Shown here one piece after another: positions 57,329 through 64,000 of a stretch of DNA of 64,000 nt. Each line of letters begins with the position of its first letter. Position 1 is the stretch's first letter. The notes under the pieces are model-generated. The model worked only from the letters and a program-made list of their open reading frames with translations. It was not told the origin of the DNA and did no database searches. This DNA is from a virus. Its lineage: Duplodnaviria > Caudoviricetes. The stretch lies in IMG/VR virus record IMGVR_UViG_2706794911_000004, positions 32,001 to 96,000 of that record; one strand, given 5' to 3'. The translations under genes and the position numbers were made by a program.

Positions 57329-58936
57329 ATGGTTAGAATCAATGCAGCTAAGGTAGATAAGTACCTACATATCACAGAGGAGAAAAAGAAAGAGTGGCTG
57401 AGACTGTTTCCCTTCCTTGAGTTTGATAGGTTTGGGCGGGCAAGTGTAGGTAACATACAGGTAGATGATACAGCGTTGGCAGAAGAGTTGTACAACTTTG
57501 TATTGAGTGAAAGCTTTTTTAATGCGATAAAGATATGGGAGAACAAGAATGAGTTGAAGCTACCAAATTACTTTGACATAGCCCTTAAAAGGTTTAACTG
57601 CGGTACCACTCGCCTTGTTGCGAACAGCGAAGTGTACCTATGTAGTACGGCGGGCGGTGAGGACAAGCATATGAGACTGTCAAAGATACTTGCACAAATA
57701 CAGGCAATATGGGAAAAGGAAACATGTCCTGAGTATTCAGAGTTAAGAAAAGAAATTAAGAAGCTAAGAAAAGAAGGGCTCACTTTTTCAAACAGTCTTG
57801 AGTTAGTAGATCTAAGTGAGAAGAAAAAGAGCCTAGAAATAGGTAACTTCTATGTTGCCTACGACCACTTTCAGAACGCTATAAAAAAGGGTACTGAGAT
57901 GTGGCTTTCTATTAACCCGCTAGACTTGATTACTTCTTCGGGTAATCAAGGGGATAACCCCACAAGATTTGACTCATGCTGGTCACTTGAAATGGAGCTA
58001 GCCTCAGATGAAATTCATGTTGACAGATCTGGTTGTCATTCATCAGGTTCTGCTTGTTTGAACATGGGAAGAATTACAAACCGAGGTATATTATTCATAA
58101 AAAATGGTAGGACACTTAATGTTCCCGGCACAGACTTCGATTTTATCGGTTATTCAGAAAGATCCCATGTTTGGCTTGATGAGATATGCGGAAACAGTAG
58201 TCTCTTCTTAGAAAGGGTATACCCTTCTAAATGTTACGAAAGGAGACGTGACTGGTTTGAGGCATTAACCAAGTCAGGTTTTGATGTAAAAGAAGAATCC
58301 TGCAATACAGAAGAATTTGATTACCAAGATAGTGAAAACTTGAATAACTACTCAAATAAGTCGGGTGGCGCATTGTTCCTTGATAACGTAGCTATTACAT
58401 CTGGTACATTGTACTATTTAAACGGTTGTAGAATGGATTATGACTACGATGATAACATAGACGGAATCATAGAAGCTGTTTATTGTTGTGAATGTGGGGA
58501 TTCCACAGATAGTGATGACAGGTACGAAGTAGGTGGTAACATATATTGCAGTTACTGCTTTAATGATAGATATGTTAGTTGCCAATATTGCGGGGAGCCT
58601 GTAGAAATCAATAATGCAATTGAGATAGAAGGCTACTACTACTGTGAGTACCACGCTAACGTAAGAGGTTGTCAGTGTGAAGGTTGTGGGGAGTGGGCAT
58701 ATACCGAGCACATGGAAGAATACAACGGTGATTATTACTGCCGTAGCTGTTTTGATGAACACCACACTTACTGTGCAAATTGTGGTGAAGCTGTCAGTTA
58801 CAATGATGCAGTTGAATTAGAATATGAATACTACTGTGAAGACTGTGTATCAGTTTACAGTTCGTGCGGTAGTAAGTATCCAGTATCTGATGGTTACTTT
58901 GTATGCAAAAATTGTACAAACGAAGGGGTGGCATAG
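57329..58936 (+). CDS. Protein with C-terminal tandem zinc-ribbon (CxxC) array
   Basis: About ten CxxC/CxxH pairs; N-domain SINPLD...SCW, FLERVYP. Confidence 0.7.
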   Translation: MVRINAAKVDKYLHITEEKKKEWLRLFPFLEFDRFGRASVGNIQVDDTALAEELYNFVLSESFFNAIKIWENKNELKLPNYFDIALKRFNCGTTRLVANSEVYLCSTAGGEDKHMRLSKILAQIQAIWEKETCPEYSELRKEIKKLRKEGLTFSNSLELVDLSEKKKSLEIGNFYVAYDHFQNAIKKGTEMWLSINPLDLITSSGNQGDNPTRFDSCWSLEMELASDEIHVDRSGCHSSGSACLNMGRITNRGILFIKNGRTLNVPGTDFDFIGYSERSHVWLDEICGNSSLFLERVYPSKCYERRRDWFEALTKSGFDVKEESCNTEEFDYQDSENLNNYSNKSGGALFLDNVAITSGTLYYLNGCRMDYDYDDNIDGIIEAVYCCECGDSTDSDDRYEVGGNIYCSYCFNDRYVSCQYCGEPVEINNAIEIEGYYYCEYHANVRGCQCEGCGEWAYTEHMEEYNGDYYCRSCFDEHHTYCANCGEAVSYNDAVELEYEYYCEDCVSVYSSCGSKYPVSDGYFVCKNCTNEGVA

Positions 58937-59965
58937 ATGAGAAAACAGTTATTGAAAGACTTATTGCAGATTAGCTCAGTGTCAGGTAAAGAAGAGCTGG
59001 TAGTACCCGTTATATTAGATGAACTAGAGAGTTTAGGTTTCACCGCCCACCAAGATGCTATTGGGAACGTATTTGCTACTAGAGGAAAAGGTCCTTATCC
59101 ACTACTTAATGCACATATGGATATAGTAGACATACAAGGTTATGGTTGGTTTTATGGGCAAAATGACAATATCTATGATGCCAGTTATTACGAAAACTTA
59201 ATGAGTTACGGTTTAACCTGCGGAGACTGTGTCAACTACAATTACTGTAAACTTCTTAATCCTCTTTTGTGTGAACACTTTGAGGTTACCGGTGAAGCTG
59301 CGTATATACTAGAAATAGCAGAACTCGACTATCTCATGCCCGAAGATGTGGATATGGCTGACAATTTTTGCATCACTGAATCTTATGGGGTTTTAACAGG
59401 TTCAGGTGAGAGGGTTCTTGGTGGTGATGATAAGTGTGGTATATTTATAGCCCTTGAGCTGGCTAGGCTTCTCCCCCGCCAACCCTTCAAAATCCTATTC
59501 ACTGTGCAAGAGGAAGAGGGCTGCGTTGGTGTGAGACATGCGGTTAAAAATAAAAAGTGGTTTAAAGACATCCTGTATGCTCTCGTGATAGATCGTAAGG
59601 GTGGTGATAATCTTTTATGGTCACAGTTGGGCAGTAAAAGTTGTAGTAATAATTTTGCTTCACAACTTGCAATGAGAGGTGTTGATGCGGGTATAAGCGT
59701 TCAGGTAATGGATGGAAGTATATCAGATACCATGTACTTAAAAAATGTTGTTCCAGAAGCTGTAAATGTGTCTGCTGGTTACCATGATGCTCATACAGAA
59801 AAAGAGTATGTGGTGCTAAGCGAGGTAGCAGGTATTATAAATTGGCTTAGCCACTTTATAAGAAACTACCATGATATTAAAACTCTCTACAAACCAGTAG
59901 TACAATATAAAGCACCCAAAAAGAAAAAATCAAAGAAGTTATGTAAACGTAAGGGGGCGGTGTAG
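58937..59965 (+). CDS. M20/M28-family metallopeptidase with Cys-rich insertion
   Basis: SVSGKE, NAHMD, GGDDKCG, EEEGCVG, DRKG, SD, GYHDAHT. Confidence 0.85.
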   Translation: MRKQLLKDLLQISSVSGKEELVVPVILDELESLGFTAHQDAIGNVFATRGKGPYPLLNAHMDIVDIQGYGWFYGQNDNIYDASYYENLMSYGLTCGDCVNYNYCKLLNPLLCEHFEVTGEAAYILEIAELDYLMPEDVDMADNFCITESYGVLTGSGERVLGGDDKCGIFIALELARLLPRQPFKILFTVQEEEGCVGVRHAVKNKKWFKDILYALVIDRKGGDNLLWSQLGSKSCSNNFASQLAMRGVDAGISVQVMDGSISDTMYLKNVVPEAVNVSAGYHDAHTEKEYVVLSEVAGIINWLSHFIRNYHDIKTLYKPVVQYKAPKKKKSKKLCKRKGAV

Positions 59966-60493
59966 GTGATTATTGAAGTGAAGAATGTACTAAACAGCCA
60001 TACAGGTATGTTGGGTGAACTTGTTCTAGTGTCTTACGTGTATAGAGACAAAGGAAGTGTTCCGTTAAACCAAGGTTTAGTAGTATTTCATAGAGGTGAG
60101 TTCATAAAGTCTTTCGTACTCACACCAGATGAGGTCACTAACATAATTGAGCATGGACAAACCGTAGTAAAAGACATTGGATATATACTCAGCTTTACCT
60201 CCACCAACCTCCAGTTATTCGAGCTATGCGGCTATGGCGGAGCAGGAGCAATACATGAAACAAACTTCAAAGTAAGACGGACGAAAGAATGGGTTTTTGA
60301 GATAATGCAACCTCTCGATTACTTCAAGCTTGATTTATCAGCAGAAACATATGGCTACAAAGGCATTCAGTTAGCTGTTATCACAGCACTACAGAATCCA
60401 ATAGAGTCAGAGAACATGATACGTTGCGACCTACCTAATAGCGGTTATGCACTTATCTTTGACTACACCTTGGGTGGTGATAGCGTTGGGTAA
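59966..60493 (+). CDS. Hypothetical protein
   Basis: Coupled ORF. Confidence 0.55.
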   Translation: MIIEVKNVLNSHTGMLGELVLVSYVYRDKGSVPLNQGLVVFHRGEFIKSFVLTPDEVTNIIEHGQTVVKDIGYILSFTSTNLQLFELCGYGGAGAIHETNFKVRRTKEWVFEIMQPLDYFKLDLSAETYGYKGIQLAVITALQNPIESENMIRCDLPNSGYALIFDYTLGGDSVG

Positions 60494-60770
60494 TGATCTT
60501 AAATCTTTAATAGAGATGCATCTACACCTTAGCGTGGATAGCATTCTAGATGAGTTATCTATGGTGGGTATCATACTCACCCCTCAGACGCTTAGAGTGT
60601 ATATGAGGGAATTTGGTCTAGAAGATAAGCATAAGGAATTGCGGGCGAGGGCCAAGCCTAAAGACAATAGAGAGCCTAAAAAGCTTAAGCTATCCTGCCC
60701 CTACCCTACTTTTGTTCACCGCAGTGCAGCAAGAAGTAAGAAAGAAGCTGTAAAGAGAATTTATAAATAA
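60447..60770 (+). CDS. Possible HTH DNA-binding protein
   Basis: SVDSILDEL...LTPQTLRVYMREFG. Confidence 0.4.
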   Translation: MHLSLTTPWVVIALGNDLKSLIEMHLHLSVDSILDELSMVGIILTPQTLRVYMREFGLEDKHKELRARAKPKDNREPKKLKLSCPYPTFVHRSAARSKKEAVKRIYK

Positions 60771-60909
60771 GGAGGCAGGTTGGAATGAAGCTATATCTAA
60801 ACAATGGTGCTGTAGTGCATACTACTTTACCTGAACTAGACACCTTAGCAGTAACCGATTATATACTAGACATTTTAAGGTTTTATCGTGATAAACTAAC
60901 TAAAATTGA

Positions 60910-61866
60910 ATGGTTGGGGAGCGATGCGGAATGAAAGCTGAGAATGAAAATTACATTTTGAGAATAGAACGTTATGACGATGCGGAAAGCCCCAGAGAGT
61001 GGGACAACTTGGGTACTATGTTTTGTTGGCACAGTAGACATGTTTTAGGTGATAAGCATAATTACTACGACCACAGAGCTTTTTTAGAAAGCTTTGTTAG
61101 AGAACTATTACAGGTTGAACAACTAGCAGAACCCACAAGTGTTAGTGGCTTATTTAAGGTAGAACAGAGAGGCAATAAATATGATGTAATTGACGTTAGC
61201 CTAAAGTATACTAGGTGCTCTACTAAGAACCTAACTTTAGCTAGAGAGCTTGCTTTGAATTATGCTGCTGAGGAGCTTACTGAGTACGCTACCGACGCTG
61301 AACTACTAAGCATTATTAGTGAATATGCCGTTATACTGCCGCTTTACTTATATGACCATAGCGGAATTACGATGTCCTCCTCCCCCTTCTCTTGTCAGTG
61401 GGATAGCGTACAGGTTGGGTGGATATTCTGTACTAAAGAACGCTTTAGAGAAGAAACTGGATACACTGAGGATGAGCTTTTTAATACTGATTCCTCCCGC
61501 CACCCAGCCATAGGTGAGCGAATTAAAACAGCAGATTCCGAGTGGTGGGGGCAAGTAGTTAGTGTGTATAAAGATAGCTACGCTGTAGACTTTGACTGGA
61601 ATAAAATACCCTCAGCTAGAAGTTCCAAGAACATAAAAATAGTACGTAATGATGAAATTATAGAAGTAATGTCCTACCAAGCTGCTGAAATACTAGAGGA
61701 AGAAGTCGAGACATATGACAAGTACTTACGTGGTGATATTTATGGTTATGAGCTCAGCGAAAAGATTAAGTGTAATTGTTGTGGACACGTAGTACTAGAA
61801 TATGTAGATAGCTGTCATGGCTACTACAGTATACAGGATATAAAAGAAAATTTAAGCAGTTCATGA
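60910..61866 (+). CDS. Conserved phage/ICE hypothetical protein
   Basis: ESPREWDNLG...LPLYLYDHSGITMS...WDS.QVGWI...YL.GDIYGY...DSCHGYY. Confidence 0.7.
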   Translation: MVGERCGMKAENENYILRIERYDDAESPREWDNLGTMFCWHSRHVLGDKHNYYDHRAFLESFVRELLQVEQLAEPTSVSGLFKVEQRGNKYDVIDVSLKYTRCSTKNLTLARELALNYAAEELTEYATDAELLSIISEYAVILPLYLYDHSGITMSSSPFSCQWDSVQVGWIFCTKERFREETGYTEDELFNTDSSRHPAIGERIKTADSEWWGQVVSVYKDSYAVDFDWNKIPSARSSKNIKIVRNDEIIEVMSYQAAEILEEEVETYDKYLRGDIYGYELSEKIKCNCCGHVVLEYVDSCHGYYSIQDIKENLSSS

Positions 61867-61987
61867 ACTGCTCGACAAAGCTGTGGGAGGGGTGGTGCGA
61901 TGAAATACCAAATACTTACAAGATACAAGAACGGTGCATGGGAACACTGTGATTATGCAAAAGACGACTGTGAGTTAAATTACTTAC

Positions 61988-62527
61988 TTGATGAGTACAA
62001 AATGGCATACGGAAAAGACTTTACATTCAGGGTGGAGGAGGATGATGATGAAGTATAAAACTATTGAAGAAGCTACAAAAGCATGTGTGGGTGAGTTCAA
62101 TGCTATTCCCTATGCACTTATTGAAAAAGCTTATAAGAATGACATAGACAGCTTTTACGAGCTAACAAAGCCAGCTATAGGAGATTACGTTCATGTATTT
62201 AGCTTAAACAGTGAAGCTGAAATTACTGGTTATGACAGCGATACAGGTAAATACAAAGTTACTACATCTGATGGTTCAGTTAGTTTAGTAGATGAATATG
62301 CTATGGAGGTTTATTATGACGCATGGCTACCTATGTGGGGGTGGATGTGGAATCCACAAAGTTCTCTGGACGAAGAGTGGGTTGTAGATAATCTCCAGAC
62401 TGTATCAGACTTAGGCGTTAGAATCTATGAGTGCGATGAAGTAGGAATTTTATTAGGGATTGACGGGGCGGGGTACAAGCATTGGATACCGCTATACAAA
62501 GCGAGGGGGCTGAGGTGGCATGAATAA
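61988..62527 (+). CDS. Conserved phage hypothetical protein (start probably near 62048)
   Basis: LPMWGWMW...GIDGAGY.HWIPLYKARGL.WH. Confidence 0.65.
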   Translation: MMSTKWHTEKTLHSGWRRMMMKYKTIEEATKACVGEFNAIPYALIEKAYKNDIDSFYELTKPAIGDYVHVFSLNSEAEITGYDSDTGKYKVTTSDGSVSLVDEYAMEVYYDAWLPMWGWMWNPQSSLDEEWVVDNLQTVSDLGVRIYECDEVGILLGIDGAGYKHWIPLYKARGLRWHE

Positions 62528-62810
62528 GCTTGAGAGACTTAAGCATGATATTATGTCAGTTCACACATTTGAACAATTAAAAGAGTTACTAGTAGACTTA
62601 ATTGAAGTTGTAGATGGAGAAAACACTACGTATGAATACTGTAGTTGCTGTGAGCGTGAGGTAGAGATACCTGCCGATACGCCCTCACGTTGTCCGAACT
62701 GTGATCAACCCATTCTCCCCTGCTCCACCTGTTGGGATGACATAGACGGCATAACGAGGTGTGATTGGTCAAAAGAAAAAAGATGTTGGAGATTTCCAAA
62801 GGAGGGATAA
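62520..62810 (+). CDS. Zinc-finger protein
   Basis: CSCC, CPNC, CSTC. Confidence 0.6.
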   Translation: MNKLERLKHDIMSVHTFEQLKELLVDLIEVVDGENTTYEYCSCCEREVEIPADTPSRCPNCDQPILPCSTCWDDIDGITRCDWSKEKRCWRFPKEG

Positions 62811-63018
62811 TAGTATGTTAAATGAGAGAGTTAGATTGTTTGGGCGTACTAATTTAGTAGATTACCTACACATTGATGTAGCGGAAGTGCTTTATAGATA
62901 TTTAACATACGGAAGAATAGAAAGATTATACCTTGAGGGTGGCGGAGATGCAAAAAGGGAGCAAATTGTTAAGGTCATAGAGGATCATTTTGATTGTGCT
63001 GGTGAAATGTACATTTAA
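62761..63018 (+). CDS. Hypothetical protein (start probably 62815)
   Basis: RBS GGAGG before MLNERV. Confidence 0.45.
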   Translation: MIGQKKKDVGDFQRRDNSMLNERVRLFGRTNLVDYLHIDVAEVLYRYLTYGRIERLYLEGGGDAKREQIVKVIEDHFDCAGEMYI

Positions 63019-63029
63019 ATTGATATGGG

Positions 63030-63368
63030 GTGGTAGGAGGTATGCCGATGAAACCTGAAGATATCTTAAAGAAGTATCCAAGAATAGTATCCCATCTAAT
63101 AGCAGAGAGCTTAGGGTATTTTACGCCTAAGTCAGCCACCATAGCTATTATAAAAGCAAAAGAAAATGAGCCTTACTTTTGTGAGTTGTACACCGATTGT
63201 GCTAGACGATATGGTGAAATGTACGACAGAGATAATGTTCGGCGAGTTACAAGGGAGATATTATCTCAGGCTATAAAATCTAGACACCATCATACCTTTA
63301 TGATGGCTAGCTATAAGGACGCAAGACTAATAGTTGATGAAGCTACTAAAGGTAATATCCAACATTAG
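63030..63368 (+). CDS. Hypothetical protein
   Basis: YPRIVSHLIAESLGYFTP motif. Confidence 0.55.
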   Translation: MVGGMPMKPEDILKKYPRIVSHLIAESLGYFTPKSATIAIIKAKENEPYFCELYTDCARRYGEMYDRDNVRRVTREILSQAIKSRHHHTFMMASYKDARLIVDEATKGNIQH

Positions 63369-63386
63369 CGAGTTGGTTTTAGGAGG

Positions 63387-63620
63387 GTGATAATAGTGTT
63401 GTACAAGTGTAAGGGTATTATATTTGATGACGCAGTTTTAAAGAAAGAGAGCGGGGATGTCAATGACTATACATCAGTATGCATCCCCTGTGTACGTAAG
63501 CATAAAATTTCATGGTCTAAGTTAGACGGCATTGGTTCAGAATACTGTGGTGTGAAAGGCTGCACTAATCGGGCAAATTACTATCTTGACTTTGAAGATG
63601 GTGAACTGGAGGTGATATAA
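63387..63620 (+). CDS. Small Cys-rich protein
   Basis: CxxC...CGVKGC. Confidence 0.55.
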   Translation: MIIVLYKCKGIIFDDAVLKKESGDVNDYTSVCIPCVRKHKISWSKLDGIGSEYCGVKGCTNRANYYLDFEDGELEVI

Positions 63621-63733
63621 ATGCTAGGAAATCCGTATTGGTGGTGGAACGGTGGAAAAAAACCAAGAGAGTAAGTAAACGACATACGTTGTGACTTAAC
63701 AAGCTACAGTTTGAGTATTCAGGAGGTGGTTTA

Positions 63734-63958
63734 ATGATATGCCCTAAGTGTGGTGGGGAGTTAAGGTATATAGAAGAAGTAATCGGCTCCTTTACAAACA
63801 GGATTTACGACGACGGTTTTGTTGATTTTGACAGCAGTAGCTTTTATGGCGATAAACATACTGATGTAATGTGCACAGCTTGCAATACTTCATTTGATTT
63901 TGAGTGGGTAGGTGACCTATTTAATTCAGTAATTAAACTAAAGGGGGCGGAGTGTTGA
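63734..63958 (+). CDS. Zinc-ribbon protein
   Basis: CPKCG...CTAC. Confidence 0.6.
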   Translation: MICPKCGGELRYIEEVIGSFTNRIYDDGFVDFDSSSFYGDKHTDVMCTACNTSFDFEWVGDLFNSVIKLKGAEC

Positions 63959-64000
63959 CAATAACAGGAATAGTTAGAAGAGTTGATGATTTAGGTAGAG
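63955..64000 (+). CDS. AbrB/SpoVT-family transition-state regulator (N-terminus only)
   Basis: MTITGIVRRVDDLGR matches the AbrB N-terminal signature. Confidence 0.8.
   Translation, partial: MTITGIVRRVDDLGR

Overview
A 64-kb segment of a large, AT-rich tailed phage of a Firmicute (Clostridia/Bacilli-like) host. No tail-sheath gene is seen, so it is probably a siphovirus. From 1 to 42.9 kb is a minus-strand virion module: terminase, portal, protease/scaffold, decoration, capsid, neck, an embedded lysis cassette, tail tube, frameshifted chaperones, tape measure, an SLH/M23 baseplate and many carbohydrate/MucBP-type adsorption proteins. A replication initiator and a DnaC-like loader are inserted between terminase and portal. 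From 43 to 64 kb are small early/middle accessory genes. Main unexpected signals: (1) an un-called HesB/IscA-like ORF with an in-frame UGA at the selenocysteine position plus a SECIS-like hairpin, i.e. a candidate phage-encoded selenoprotein; (2) a strict phage-specific promoter CTTAACT-N15-GGTATATA at 11 sites; (3) a strongly over-represented, strand-biased CCCGCC motif; (4) an orphan IS66 TnpA/TnpB pair with no transposase; (5) a six-copy ~29-bp non-coding repeat; (6) two related pseudoknot-like leader RNAs; (7) both antirepressor genes interrupted by in-frame stops. All family calls come from motif recognition by eye; no database searches were run.
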